DNA of 64,000 bases from an uncultured delta proteobacterium (GCA_963771465.1 CAVYTU010000017.1:288001-352000), one strand, 5' to 3'; positions 38,277 to 48,654 are shown, numbered from the stretch's first letter. Made by a program: numbers and translations. Notes: a model not told the origin generated them from the letters alone.

Positions 38277-39678
38277 CTATAAGTCCGGGCGACGTTTGTG
38301 CCACTCCGTCGCTTGCTCGTAAGCGTAGGCAACGCGGAAGCAGGTGGCTTCTTCGAAAGCCGGCGCGACGATTTGTAATCCTGCCGGCAGATTCCCTTCG
38401 GTGAAGCCGCAGGGCAGTGAGATCGCCGGCAATCCCGTAAGATTAAACGGATTGGTAAAACTTGGCCGCATGTTCTGCTCGTTGGGGTCCATGCCTTCGA
38501 AGGCTTCCGGCGGCCGCGCGGCGCCGGGGACGGCGAAGACGTCGACCTGGGCAAAGTTGGCGCGGATCTGTTCATTCAAAACGGCTCGGGCGCGCTGGGC
38601 GGTGAGGTAATCGGCGGCGCTTAAGAATGCACCTTCGAGGATTCTTCGCCGTACCGAACTGCCAAATTTCAGCGGCGCCTCTTGCAAGGTTTTTTCATGG
38701 TACGTGTACGCTTCGCAAACCAAGAATCGTTTGGTTGGCTTTGCGGGCGAGCGAGAACGGTTTGCCGTCGATGTCGACGATTCGCGCACCGAGGTTTTCG
38801 AGAACTTTCAACGCTTGATTGAAGACCGCTTCAGTTGTCGGATCGATTCCTAAATTTTCATCGAACCAATTTTGGCGCGGCACCCCAACGCGCAGACCTT
38901 TGATGCCATCTTTCATTCCCGTCTGAAAATTCGGCACGGCGACGTTCGCCGATGCGTTGTCTTGTGCGTCGTAGCCGGCGAGCGCTTGCAGCATGATCGC
39001 GCAGTCCTCGACGCTGCGCGCCATCGGGCCGGCATGATCCAGCGACCAACTGAGCGGGATGACGCCGGCGCGGCTGACTCTGCCGTAGGTCGGTTTGATG
39101 CCGACGATGCCACAGTGTGACGACGGCGTTCGGATCGAACCGCCGGTATCGGAGCCGAGCGCGCCGTAGCAAAAGCCGGCGGCCAACGCGGCGCCGGAAC
39201 CGCTGCTCGAGCCGCCGGGAATATGCGCGGTGTTCCACGGATTTCTGACGGCGGGGAAGGGCGCGTCGACCGACGGCCCGCCGAAGGCAAACTCATGCAT
39301 GCCGAGTTTGCCGAGCAAGATCGTGCCGGCATCCTGAAGCTTTGTCACCGTGGTCGCGTCGTGATCGGGAAGCCAATTTTCCAGCACCGCCGAGTGGCAA
39401 GTCGTGCGGATGCCCTTGGTGGCATAGAGATCTTTGAGCGCGATGGGAATGCCATGCAGCGGCCCGCGATCTTTGCCGCTGTTTAATTCTTGCTCGGCTT
39501 GTTTGGCTTGTTGCAGCCCGAGATCGGCGGTGAGCGTGATGAAACTGTGCAGTTTGTCGTCGAGTGAATGGATTCGTCGAAGGCAAGTTTCTGTGAGCTC
39601 GACCGGCGAGAATTCTTTTCGCCGCAACCCAGCCGCGGCTTCGGCGATGGCCAGATAATGAAGCTCCTTGTCGTTCAT
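38277..39678 (-). CDS. Amidase-signature enzyme (GatA/AtzE-like), frameshifted near 38720
   Basis: LHGIPIALKD, GGSSSGSG, GSDTGGSIR; C-terminal FTNPFNLTGLPAISLP in another frame. Confidence 0.88.
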
Positions 39679-39684
39679 AATCGC

Positions 39685-39882
39685 CTATTTTTGCTCATGC
39701 CGTATCGCGTCGAAGGCGGCCGCCGGCTCATCTTCGCGAGCTACCATTTCACGTAGCTCGGCTGCCTGCCGGCGCGCCCGAATGACTCCCGTCAGCAAAC
39801 GTTGCAGCTCGTCTTCCGGCAGCCGCAGGCCACGGCGCTCCGCCAGCGCTTTTAGATTCTCTAAAGTAAGTTCTTCGGCCAT
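39685..39882 (-). CDS. Small amidase partner (GatC/AtzG-like)
   Basis: 65 aa, LA...GL.LP..EL..L and C-terminal EPAAAF; 6 nt upstream of the amidase. Confidence 0.6.
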   Translation of the reverse strand: MAEELTLENLKALAERRGLRLPEDELQRLLTGVIRARRQAAELREMVAREDEPAAAFDAIRHEQK

Positions 39883-39955
39883 ATTTTCCCTACGTGAGAG
39901 CTGAGATTGTTTCTATCGAAAGCGAAGGCTGGAATGTCAATTGACTGAACGCTTC

Positions 39956-40117
39956 CGGGGAATAACCCTTCCCCTGGATACTTGTTGGCGCGCGATCGGC
40001 GCACGGTTGAACGGTTTACCAAGGAGCCGCGCTGGCGTGCTCTTGACGGACGGCTCGGCGGCGACCTGTGGATCGATGAGATTTTCCGATGTTCTAAAGG
40101 TATTGCACTGGCGCTAG
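39956..40117 (+). pseudogene. 3' remnant resembling a fused MFS/spermidine synthase C-terminus
   Basis: ...LARDRRTVERFTKEPRWRALDGRLGGDLWIDE / FSDVLKVLHWR* across a frameshift; no start. Confidence 0.45.
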
Positions 40118-40143
40118 AGCGATAAGGCGTTAGTCTGTGCGCG

Positions 40144-41175
40144 TTAGTTCTTCGGTATCAATACTTCTCTGATCTTGGCCACGTTCTTAGTATCCATCTG
40201 AAAAAGTTTCTTGACGATGCTTTCGATCTCGCCGCCGGTGAGCGGGTTGACCTCGAGCCGCGATTTTTTCATCTCCGCCAAAAATTCGGGATCTTTCATG
40301 GTGGCGTTAAAGGCGCTGCGCAGGATGTCGCCGCGCCCTTTGGGCGTGCCGGGCGGCAGAGCATAGGCCCGCAAGATCGCCGACGGCGCATGCACGCCGG
40401 AGTCGATCAGAATCTTCGCCTCGGGCGTTTTGGCATAATCGATGGCGTTGGGCACGTTGAGAATATCGTCGGCTTTCTTTGGATTCATTTGAATGATGGC
40501 TTTGACGTTTCCCGATTCTAGACCGTTGGCCCAGGTCGTACGTATCGATGCCCAGGTCCAGCAGCCGCCGTCGACTTCGCCGGCTTCCGCGGCTACCCGA
40601 ATATTCGAGGTGCCCTTGAACCCTTCGATGAGCTGGATCGGCAAGCCCAGAGCGGCTTTCAAAACCCGCGGCACGTCTGAGTCGTTGGCACCCGGCGCCT
40701 CGCCGCCAAGCTTTACCGTTTTCTTGGCGGCGAACCAATCGTCCAGCGAGCTGATACCGCTCGCTTTAGTTAGCGCGCAGACGGTCTCGTCTTGGACCGG
40801 CGCGCCGACCCAATCGAATTTGCGGCCGTCGAACTCGATGCCCTTATCTCCCATGATTTGCTGCAGGATGAGTGAGCCGATGAAGTTACCGATGAGCAGA
40901 CCGTCGGGCGGCGCTCGAAAGAGAAAATTTGCCGACACCCGGCTGCCGGCGCCGGTCATGTTCTCGACGATAATTGACGGGTTGCCGGGAATATGCCGGC
41001 CCATGTGGCGCGCGATCGCGCGTGCGTAGGCATCGAAACCGCCGCCGGCGGCGAAGCCGACGATGATGCGAATGTTTTTACCGCGATAGAAATTATCGTC
41101 TGCACTGGCGGCGTAGGCCGAAGCTGCGCTCATGATTGAACTCAGCAGCATCGCCAAACTAATAAGCTTTGTCAT
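40144..41175 (-). CDS. Bug/TctC tripartite tricarboxylate transporter substrate-binding protein
   Basis: IIVGFAAGGGFD.YAR, VENMTGAG, PPGTP. Confidence 0.9.
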   Translation of the reverse strand: MTKLISLAMLLSSIMSAASAYAASADDNFYRGKNIRIIVGFAAGGGFDAYARAIARHMGRHIPGNPSIIVENMTGAGSRVSANFLFRAPPDGLLIGNFIGSLILQQIMGDKGIEFDGRKFDWVGAPVQDETVCALTKASGISSLDDWFAAKKTVKLGGEAPGANDSDVPRVLKAALGLPIQLIEGFKGTSNIRVAAEAGEVDGGCWTWASIRTTWANGLESGNVKAIIQMNPKKADDILNVPNAIDYAKTPEAKILIDSGVHAPSAILRAYALPPGTPKGRGDILRSAFNATMKDPEFLAEMKKSRLEVNPLTGGEIESIVKKLFQMDTKNVAKIREVLIPKN

Positions 41176-41263
41176 AATGTCCTCCCGGCAAACAACTCGA
41201 TTCATTTACGATGAGTCGCAACGGTCAGCTCGACTGAACGATCTCTCAGTGAGTTCGCCGCAA

Positions 41264-42436
41264 CTAGCGCAAATTCCCAGTATGACCCAGCGAATATCTT
41301 CCCGGTTGCGGCCAGACCGTGAGACCGTGGGGTTCGCTTTTTACCGGAATCGTTTTTACTTTGCCGCTGGTGGTGTCGATGACGTAAACCGAGTTGTCAT
41401 AACGGCCGGAGAGCCAAAGCTGATTGCCGTCGATACTGACATTGCCCATGTCGGGGCTGCCGCCGCCGGGGATCGGCCAAGTGGCTTCGACTTTGCGCGT
41501 GGCGAAATCAATGACGCTGACGCTGCCTTTGCCCTTGGGCGGGCCATAGACGCGGGCGACACCGCGGTTGGCGACGTAGAGTTTCGTGGCATCGCGGCTT
41601 GGGTAGAGGCCGTGGGTGCCGATGCCGGTCTTGATATGGCCGATCTCGCTGAACTTGTCGCCGTCGATGATGAATACGCCTTCGGCTTTCATGTCCGCGA
41701 CGTAGAACACTTTGCCGTCGGGCGCGATGCGCACGTCTTGCGGCATGCCGCCCTTGGATAATTTTAGATAGCCGACGACTCTCTTTTCGACCAGATCTAT
41801 CTTAGCGAGCGTTTGGGCGAACTCGCAAGTAAATATGACGTAGCGGCCATCGATGGAGAAATCGGCGTGATTGATGCCGGCGCATTGGGGTGTGTCGATG
41901 GAATACTTCATCGCCATGGTCTGGGGATCGCGGAAGTCGAGCCGCTTGCGCGCTTCGGCGACGATGATCGCGGCGTCGCCGTTGGGCGTGAAGTACATGT
42001 TATACGGGTCGTCCACGGGAATATTTTTTCCGGGCTTGCCGGTGATCGGGTCGATGGGCGTGACGCTGCCGTCGGTGCGTCCTTCGGCGTTGTTGTTGAC
42101 CCACAGAGTTTTTAGATCCCAGGACGGCACGACGTGTTGCGGATGGACGCCGACTTTAAACTTGTCGACGACTTTCAACGATTCAGGATCAATAACCCAG
42201 ACGTCGTTGGAACTGCGATTGGGCACGTACACGCGACTCAAATGCTTGGCGACCACCGGGCTCAGCTTGACGGAACGGGTCTCGCTGTAGAGGTTGTTCG
42301 CATCGACCACGGGAGGCATTCCCGGCACGGTTTGGATCGACCTCGCCGCATCGGCGGCGTGACTCAACGGTAGCCAAAGCGAAATCGTTAGAATCAACGC
42401 GGCCAACGCCGTGGAAACAAACTTGCCGTTTTTCAT
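41264..42436 (-). CDS. Exported YncE/YVTN beta-propeller protein
   Basis: Signal peptide; repeated V.VID..T and PHG units. Confidence 0.85.
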   Translation of the reverse strand: MKNGKFVSTALAALILTISLWLPLSHAADAARSIQTVPGMPPVVDANNLYSETRSVKLSPVVAKHLSRVYVPNRSSNDVWVIDPESLKVVDKFKVGVHPQHVVPSWDLKTLWVNNNAEGRTDGSVTPIDPITGKPGKNIPVDDPYNMYFTPNGDAAIIVAEARKRLDFRDPQTMAMKYSIDTPQCAGINHADFSIDGRYVIFTCEFAQTLAKIDLVEKRVVGYLKLSKGGMPQDVRIAPDGKVFYVADMKAEGVFIIDGDKFSEIGHIKTGIGTHGLYPSRDATKLYVANRGVARVYGPPKGKGSVSVIDFATRKVEATWPIPGGGSPDMGNVSIDGNQLWLSGRYDNSVYVIDTTSGKVKTIPVKSEPHGLTVWPQPGRYSLGHTGNLR

Positions 42437-42461
42437 TAAGAAACCTCCGGCGGAATGGAAT

Positions 42462-42497
42462 CACCAGCCGAGGGTGCGGGTCTCGGCTGGTGTTTTG
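42462..42497. terminator. Intrinsic terminator-like hairpin
   Basis: CACCAGCCGAG / CTCGGCTGGTG 11-bp stem, TTTT on the + side. Confidence 0.6.
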
Positions 42498-42538
42498 AAT
42501 GTTAGACGAAAATTTCTGAAAATTCGAGAATGGTAAAG

Positions 42539-44851
42539 CTAGGCGGCGCTTTTTTTGTTTTTCTGAATCGCCCAGAAAACATTCTCCGGTTTGAGCGGAA
42601 GGTCGAAAACTCGGATGCCGATGGCGTCGGTGAGGGCGTTGCCGATGGCGGCCGGTGTCGGCGCTAGGCCAGGCTCGCCTAAGCCTTTGGCGCCGTAGGG
42701 ACCTTCGGGTTCGGCGCACTCGACGATGATCGGGATCAGTTCAGGACAGTCGAGCGACGTGACGAGATGATAGTCGAGGAACGACGGGTTGCGCACTTTG
42801 CCGGTGGAGTCGATGACCATCTCTTCGTGCAGCGTCGAACCGATGCCCATGACGACGCCGCCTTCGATCTGCGCTTCGCAATTCAATGGATTGATCGCCT
42901 TGCCGACGTCGTGCGCCGCCGACATTCGCAATACTCGCACGCGGCCGCTCTCTTCATCCACCGAAACTTCCGCCGCTTGAGTGGCGTACATATAAAAGGC
43001 TGAGGCGTGATCGCTGTGGCCGGTTGCCAAGTCCAAATCTTTACCGATTTCGTAAGTGTATGAGGCGTCGCCGCGCACTTCGCCGTTGATGCCGAGCTTG
43101 CGGCGGACGATCTCGCCAATCGGCAGCGCCTGCTGCGGCTGTTCTTTCAACGAGACTTTGCCGTCGCCGTAGTCGAGCTCTTTGACGCCGACTTCCAACA
43201 TCGGGCTGGCTGCTTCCATGATTTGCTCGCGCGCGTGGATCGACGCGCGGCGCACGGCATTGCCCATGTGATAGGTGCTGCGACTGGAAGTCGTCGAGGC
43301 GTCGAAGGGAATAACGTCGGTATCCAGTTGGTGCATATGGACTTTATCCATCGGCACTTTCAATTCTTCAGCGGCGACCTGCGACAAGATCGTGTTGCAG
43401 CCCTGGCCGATTTCCACGGTGCCAGCATAGATCGTCACCTCGCCCTTGGCGTTGACAGTCACGCCGGCAGCCGAAGTGGTTGGCGAGCGGGTCGGTTTTT
43501 GAATGCAGGCGAAGCCTTTGCCGATTTTTTGACCGGGCTTGGCTTGGGTCGTCGGTTTGCCGTAGTCGATCGCTTGGGTGGCTTTGATCAAGGTTTCTTT
43601 TAAGCCGACGGCGTGCAGTTGCTCGCCCCAGTAGGACACATCACCTTCGACGAAAATATTTTTCATGCGAATGTCGATGGGGTCCATGCCCAAGCGGCGC
43701 GCGAGGTCATCCATTTGTTGCTCACCGGCCCAGGCGCCTTGTGGAATGCCGTAGCCACGGTAGGAACCGGCCACCGGTTTGTTGGTGTAAACCGCGTAGC
43801 CGTCGACTTTGACGTGGGGAATTCGATACGGGCCCGGCGCCGGCAAACTGCCGCGGATGCAGACGGTCGGGCTCTTTTCTGCGTAGGCGCCGGCGCCCCA
43901 GTAGATCGTCATCTCGCGCGCCATCAAGGTGCCGTCCTTTTTCGCCCCAATCTTCGAGTACACCACGGCTTCATGGCGCGTCAGCGTGGAGATAAAGGTT
44001 TCTTCGCGATTAAACTTCACGCGCACGGGCCGGCCATGGGTTTGAAAGGCGAGGGCGACGGCGATGGGTTCGACTTTCAAACCGCCCTTGGAGCCGAAGC
44101 CACCGCCCTGGAGCGGATTGATGAAGCGAATTTTTTCCTTGGCCATACCGAGCGCTTCAGTGATTTCGTGGAGCGCGCGAAACGGCGCGTCGTTGGCGAC
44201 CCAGATCGTCAGCCGCCCGGATTCTTTGTCAAACTGCGCGTGCGCCGAGTGCGGCTCCATGGCGGCGTGCTGAATCATCGGCACGAAGTAGCGATCTTCG
44301 AGGATGACATCGGACTCTTTGAATCCCTGCGCCACGTCGCCGGTGCGCAGTTTGAAATGCTCGGCGACATTGGGCATGGCGCCCTGGACGACAAACTCGG
44401 CTTTGCGGTATTTGGCGAAGTCTTCGTGGATCTCGACGCAGCCCGGTTTACAAGCTTCTTGCGGGTCGGTGTAGACCGGCAGATCTTCGTATTCGACTTC
44501 GATCAATTTCACCGCGGCCTGCGCGATGTCCTCGTCTTCCGCGGCCACGGCGGCGACGGGCTCGCCGATGCAGCGCACTTTACCTTGGGCCAAGAACGGT
44601 TTGTCTTTGACCGCTTCCCCGTGGGTCCAGGGCGCGTCGGCGCCGGTAACGACCGCGACCACGCCGGGGAGCGCTTTGGCTTTGGAGGTGTCAATCTTTT
44701 TGATTTTGGCGTGCGCTTTGGTGCTGAACAGGGTTTTACCGTAGAGCATGTTGGGCAGCACGAGATCGTAGCCGTAAACCGCTTGACCGGTAATCTTATC
44801 TTCCGCGTCGACCCGTTGGACTGGTTTGCCGATAACCGTGAGTTCCGCCAT
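42539..44851 (-). CDS. Xanthine dehydrogenase family Mo-binding (large) subunit
   Basis: GGGFGSK, YRGYG.PQ, EIGQG, QIEGG, GAKGLGEPG. Confidence 0.93.
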   Translation of the reverse strand: MAELTVIGKPVQRVDAEDKITGQAVYGYDLVLPNMLYGKTLFSTKAHAKIKKIDTSKAKALPGVVAVVTGADAPWTHGEAVKDKPFLAQGKVRCIGEPVAAVAAEDEDIAQAAVKLIEVEYEDLPVYTDPQEACKPGCVEIHEDFAKYRKAEFVVQGAMPNVAEHFKLRTGDVAQGFKESDVILEDRYFVPMIQHAAMEPHSAHAQFDKESGRLTIWVANDAPFRALHEITEALGMAKEKIRFINPLQGGGFGSKGGLKVEPIAVALAFQTHGRPVRVKFNREETFISTLTRHEAVVYSKIGAKKDGTLMAREMTIYWGAGAYAEKSPTVCIRGSLPAPGPYRIPHVKVDGYAVYTNKPVAGSYRGYGIPQGAWAGEQQMDDLARRLGMDPIDIRMKNIFVEGDVSYWGEQLHAVGLKETLIKATQAIDYGKPTTQAKPGQKIGKGFACIQKPTRSPTTSAAGVTVNAKGEVTIYAGTVEIGQGCNTILSQVAAEELKVPMDKVHMHQLDTDVIPFDASTTSSRSTYHMGNAVRRASIHAREQIMEAASPMLEVGVKELDYGDGKVSLKEQPQQALPIGEIVRRKLGINGEVRGDASYTYEIGKDLDLATGHSDHASAFYMYATQAAEVSVDEESGRVRVLRMSAAHDVGKAINPLNCEAQIEGGVVMGIGSTLHEEMVIDSTGKVRNPSFLDYHLVTSLDCPELIPIIVECAEPEGPYGAKGLGEPGLAPTPAAIGNALTDAIGIRVFDLPLKPENVFWAIQKNKKSAA

Positions 44852-44868
44852 TTTTAGCTCCTAGAATT

Positions 44869-44983
44869 CGTTCAAGCCGTTCAAAATGTTAAAGCCGTTG
44901 GTAAGATTCGGAGGTTCATTTTTGCAAACCGCTCGGTGAAATTGACGATTTGAACGAATTGAACGGCTTGAACTACTTGAACG
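44869..44983. repeat. Palindromic element of 9-nt GTTCAA-type tandem units
   Basis: CGTTCAAGCCGTTCAAAATGTTAAAGCCGTT ... TTGAACGAATTGAACGGCTTGAACTACTTGAACG. Confidence 0.75.
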
Positions 44984-44986
44984 TGT

Positions 44987-45460
44987 TTACTTTGCGCGCA
45001 GTATCTTTGCCGCGTCTTGCACGGCTTGGACGATCTTGGCGTAGCCGGTGCAGCGGCAGAGATTGCCCGACAAGGCGTAGCGAATCTCTTCGTCGCTTGG
45101 ATTCGGATTTTCGTCGAGCAGTGCCTTGGACATCATTAACATTCCCGGCGTACAGTAGCCGCACTGGGCGCCGCCGTCCTGCAAGAATGTTTTTTGAATG
45201 GGATGCAGCTCCGGGCCAATTTTCAATCCTTCAATCGTGACGACGTTAGCACCGTCGAGCTCACCGGAAAGGATCAGGCAGGAATTTACCGGCTTGCCGT
45301 TCATCAGCACCGTACAAGCGCCGCAATCACCGGTGCCGCAGCCTTCCTTGGTGCCGGTCATGCCGATCTCATCGCGCAACAGATCGAGCAGCAGCCGATG
45401 AGTCTGAACTTGGCGGCTCAGGGGGTTGCCGTTGAGAGTGAATTGAATCGTCGTGTTCAT
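44987..45460 (-). CDS. 2Fe-2S small subunit of Mo-hydroxylase
   Basis: GCGTGDCGACT, QCGYCTPG, NLCRCTGY. Confidence 0.95.
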   Translation of the reverse strand: MNTTIQFTLNGNPLSRQVQTHRLLLDLLRDEIGMTGTKEGCGTGDCGACTVLMNGKPVNSCLILSGELDGANVVTIEGLKIGPELHPIQKTFLQDGGAQCGYCTPGMLMMSKALLDENPNPSDEEIRYALSGNLCRCTGYAKIVQAVQDAAKILRAK

Positions 45461-45529
45461 AAAAACCTCAGCATCAATTGAGTGCCGGGTTTCGGAATCG
45501 GCAACCCAACACTCTATTACTCTACTATT

Positions 45530-46441
45530 CTAATATCTTCGGTCGCGCCGATCGTACCAAGATTGGGCCGGACCGACTGCAGCGTTGAGCAGGGCGCGTT
45601 TAGTCATGGCGCCAACCATGGCGCGCCGGTAATCCGCCGAGGAACGCACGTCGCTAATCGGCTTAGCTTCTTCGGCGGCAAGCTGTCCGACCTTCTCGGC
45701 GAGCGCTTCAGTCAAGACTTGCCCTTCGAGCGCCGCTTCAGCGCGTTTTGCTCTGATCGGTGTCGGCGCTACGGCGCCGAGGACAATCCGCACGCTCGCG
45801 CATTTTTTGTCGCTTGCTGCCAAGTTATAGGCCACGGCGATGCCGACATAGGCGAGATCCATCATCTCGCGTGGTGAGAATTTTATGTACTCGCCGACCA
45901 AGTTCGCAGCGGTTTTTGGGATCGTGATTTCGGTCAAGATTTCATCTGCATTCATCACGCTCTGGCCGGGGCCTTTGAAAAAAGCTTCTAAATCAATCGT
46001 CCGCTCGCCGCCCGTGCTGGCGATTTTCGCTGTGGCATTGAGCGCGATTAGAGCGGGCGCCGTATCGGCTGATGGCGTCGCGTTGGCCATATTGCCGCCG
46101 ATGGTGGCGCGGTTACGAATTTGAATGGAGCCGACTTCGGCGGCGCTCTGCGCTAAGAACGGATATTTTTTCTTAATCAGCGCCGAGGTTTCGATCTCAT
46201 ACATTGTCGTCAACGCGCCCAAGGTGACGGCGCCGTCGCTGTTCTCGCGGATGCCGCTCAGACCGGGCACGCGCTTCAAGTCGACAATATATTTTGGCAG
46301 CAAGCCTTTTTCTTTCATCGCGATGACCAAGTCGGTGCCGCCAGCGAGAAAGCGGCCGCCCGGGCCGTTATCCTTGAGCAGCCGGCTCGCCTCTTGGAGC
46401 GTCGACGGCTGGTAGAATTCAAATGGTTCTGTGCGTTTCAT
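45530..46441 (-). CDS. FAD-binding medium subunit of Mo-hydroxylase
   Basis: LAGGTDL, QIRNRATIGGN, SDVRSSADYR. Confidence 0.93.
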   Translation of the reverse strand: MKRTEPFEFYQPSTLQEASRLLKDNGPGGRFLAGGTDLVIAMKEKGLLPKYIVDLKRVPGLSGIRENSDGAVTLGALTTMYEIETSALIKKKYPFLAQSAAEVGSIQIRNRATIGGNMANATPSADTAPALIALNATAKIASTGGERTIDLEAFFKGPGQSVMNADEILTEITIPKTAANLVGEYIKFSPREMMDLAYVGIAVAYNLAASDKKCASVRIVLGAVAPTPIRAKRAEAALEGQVLTEALAEKVGQLAAEEAKPISDVRSSADYRRAMVGAMTKRALLNAAVGPAQSWYDRRDRRY

Positions 46442-46449
46442 AAAAGAAT

Positions 46450-46519
46450 AGTGCTGAGTACTGAGCAATGAGTGCTGAGAACCGAGCGGAATTCCACTCA
46501 GGACTCAGCACTCAGTACT
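46450..46519. repeat. Palindromic element of 7-nt (TGCTGAG) tandem units
   Basis: AGTGCTGAGTACTGAGCAATGAGTGCTGAG ... CTCAGGACTCAGCACTCAGTACT. Confidence 0.75.
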
Positions 46520-46529
46520 TTTGACTTGA

Positions 46530-47900
46530 TTAAATGATCGGCTTGAGCGCTTTGCCGATCGCTTTGCCGCAGGGTTCGCCGTCCCTCATCTGCACGTGGC
46601 CACGCACGACCGTCAGCACCGGCATGCCTTTGACTTTCCAGCCGTGCCAAGGTGAGGGTTTGTTCTTGCTGTGCAGCTTGTTGACGTCGATGGTGCCTTC
46701 CTTGTCCATGTCGACGACCGTGATGTCGCCGTCGGAGCCCAAACGGATGGCGCCTTTCTTCGGATAGACCTGCCAAACTTTGGCCGGATTCTCAGAAGCG
46801 ACTTTGACATATTGATTGAGCGTCAGGCGGCCCTTGTTCACTTCGGTCAAGATCAGCGGGACGCCGGTTTCGACGCCGCAGAAGCCCGAGATGCAGTCCC
46901 AGATCGCTGGCTTGGTAAGTTTGCCGTAGATGTCCGAGCCTTTCTCATCCAAGGTGTGCGGCGAGTGATCGGTGGCCAGCGTGTCGACGAAGCCTTCGCG
47001 CAGGCCCTGCCAGAGAACTTCGGCGTGATCTTTCGTGCGCACCGGCGGGTTCATCTTCAACAGCGAACCGACATTGTCCATGTCGTTCGGTTCGCGCAGC
47101 AAATAATGCGGTCCGGTTTCCGCAGTGATTCTCATGCCGCGCGCCTTGGCGTCGCGGACCATATAGGCGGCTTGCTTGGAGCTCATGTGGAAGACGTGAA
47201 GCTTGGTGCCGAAGGTTTCGGCGAAGAATATCGCGTGATGCACCGACTCCGCTTCGCAGATATCCGGACGTGAAGCTTCCCAATAGCGCGCTTCGTTTTT
47301 GTTTTCAGTTTTAAGTTTATTAGTGCAGTACGCCATGATCTGGCGGTTTTCGGCATGGATGCCCAAGGGCAACTTCGATTGCGCGATGTAATCGAAGGCT
47401 TCGACGCACATGCCGTCATCAGGGAAGGGCAGGTTGCCAATGGTTTCGCCGAAAAAAATCTTGTAGCCGATGGCGCCGGCAGCGGCCATAGGCAAAATGT
47501 CTTTGGTATTGGTCTGGACGACTACGCCGGTGATGCCGAAATCGACCAGCGACCGCGCTTCGCCGAGTTCCTTCTTCACTTTGACTTGCTCGGCATCGGC
47601 GGTCGGCGGCACGGTGTTTGGCATGTCGACAACAGTAGTGATGCCGCCGCAGACGGCCGCGGTGGAGCCGGTGTTGAAATCTTCTTTGTGGGTCATGCCC
47701 GGTTCTCTGAAGTGAACGTGGCCGTCGAACAAGCCCGGTAAGATATGTTTGCCTTTGACGTCGATGACCTCTTTGCCCTGCGGTAGCGAATCGTCGTCAC
47801 CGATGGCGACGATCACTTCGTTGCTGATCGCCACGCCGCCCTTAAATGTTGCATCGGGTGTCACCACCCAACCGCCTTTGATAACTAAATCTGCTGCCAT
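46530..47900 (-). CDS. Cyclic amidohydrolase (allantoinase/dihydroorotase family)
   Basis: DGHVHFREPG, GGITT, YKIFF (carbamylated Lys), HAE, HMS, TDHSPH. Confidence 0.88.
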   Translation of the reverse strand: MAADLVIKGGWVVTPDATFKGGVAISNEVIVAIGDDDSLPQGKEVIDVKGKHILPGLFDGHVHFREPGMTHKEDFNTGSTAAVCGGITTVVDMPNTVPPTADAEQVKVKKELGEARSLVDFGITGVVVQTNTKDILPMAAAGAIGYKIFFGETIGNLPFPDDGMCVEAFDYIAQSKLPLGIHAENRQIMAYCTNKLKTENKNEARYWEASRPDICEAESVHHAIFFAETFGTKLHVFHMSSKQAAYMVRDAKARGMRITAETGPHYLLREPNDMDNVGSLLKMNPPVRTKDHAEVLWQGLREGFVDTLATDHSPHTLDEKGSDIYGKLTKPAIWDCISGFCGVETGVPLILTEVNKGRLTLNQYVKVASENPAKVWQVYPKKGAIRLGSDGDITVVDMDKEGTIDVNKLHSKNKPSPWHGWKVKGMPVLTVVRGHVQMRDGEPCGKAIGKALKPII

Positions 47901-47931
47901 AATTCTCCCTTTCGTCTTATGTTTTTTCGTC

Positions 47932-48654
47932 TTAATTTATCGCATCGATGGGTCTAAGTTCACGGATCGCCTGGCGCCGCTTGAGGTCGGCCATGACGTT
48001 TTGCTTACCGGCTTGAATGTGGCTCCGCACGATGGCGACCGCCTCGGCGCCATCGCGCCGCTCCATCGCGGCCAAAAGCCTTAAATGTTCCTGGTGTGCC
48101 GTCGTACCGCGAGCGGAATCGTAAATGCCGTCGGTGCGCCGCTTCAAAACGATGCGCTCGAAGACGTGGCTCAACGTGTTTTTCAAGGTTTCATTGCCGC
48201 TCATCTGAGCGATCGCTAGATGCACTTCTTGATCGTATACCAGACGCTCGCGGGTGAAGCGGTTTTCCACGTCGCGGCCATAGGAATGCACCTTGTTTTT
48301 GAGCTGATCGAGCGCGCTGTCAGTCAAACTTTCAATCGCTTTTTCCACTGCGAATGCTTCCAGCGCTTCACGCAGTTCGTAAAGCTCTTCGGCCTCTTGC
48401 ATTCTAATTTCTTTGCAGGTAAAACCCCGATTCGGTAGAAAGGAAACGTAACCTTCCTGCACCAATCGAGTCAATGCTTCGCGCACCGGAGTGCGACTAA
48501 CGCCGAGACGTTCACTGAGTTGTTGGTGGTTGAGTTTCTGTCCTGGCATTATTTCGTTGCACAGAATCAGATGTTTAATTTGGTTATAAACGCGAGTCGA
48601 TAGATTTTCGCTGACGCGCGTTTTGGTTTTCGATGTTTTGAGCGGGTACGACAT
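47932..48654 (-). CDS. GntR (FadR/FCD) transcriptional regulator
   Basis: LGVSRTPVREAL HTH; FCD domain with H...N...EH. Confidence 0.92.
   Translation of the reverse strand: MSYPLKTSKTKTRVSENLSTRVYNQIKHLILCNEIMPGQKLNHQQLSERLGVSRTPVREALTRLVQEGYVSFLPNRGFTCKEIRMQEAEELYELREALEAFAVEKAIESLTDSALDQLKNKVHSYGRDVENRFTRERLVYDQEVHLAIAQMSGNETLKNTLSHVFERIVLKRRTDGIYDSARGTTAHQEHLRLLAAMERRDGAEAVAIVRSHIQAGKQNVMADLKRRQAIRELRPIDAIN

Noticed and set aside
21844-39678. Programmed ribosomal frameshifting or phase variation
   Set aside because: No slippery heptamers or long simple repeats at the break points; the genes are unrelated
38277-39882. Housekeeping gatCA
   Set aside because: No gatB follows, and the context is catabolic
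43613-44857. Long antisense ORFs (also 29437-30450, 32041-32886, 8310-9161)
   Set aside because: Shadow ORFs opposite well-supported genes in GC-rich DNA, with no motifs
42539-46441. Aerobic CO dehydrogenase
   Set aside because: Active-site loop is SYRGYG, not AYxCSFR or AYRGAGR
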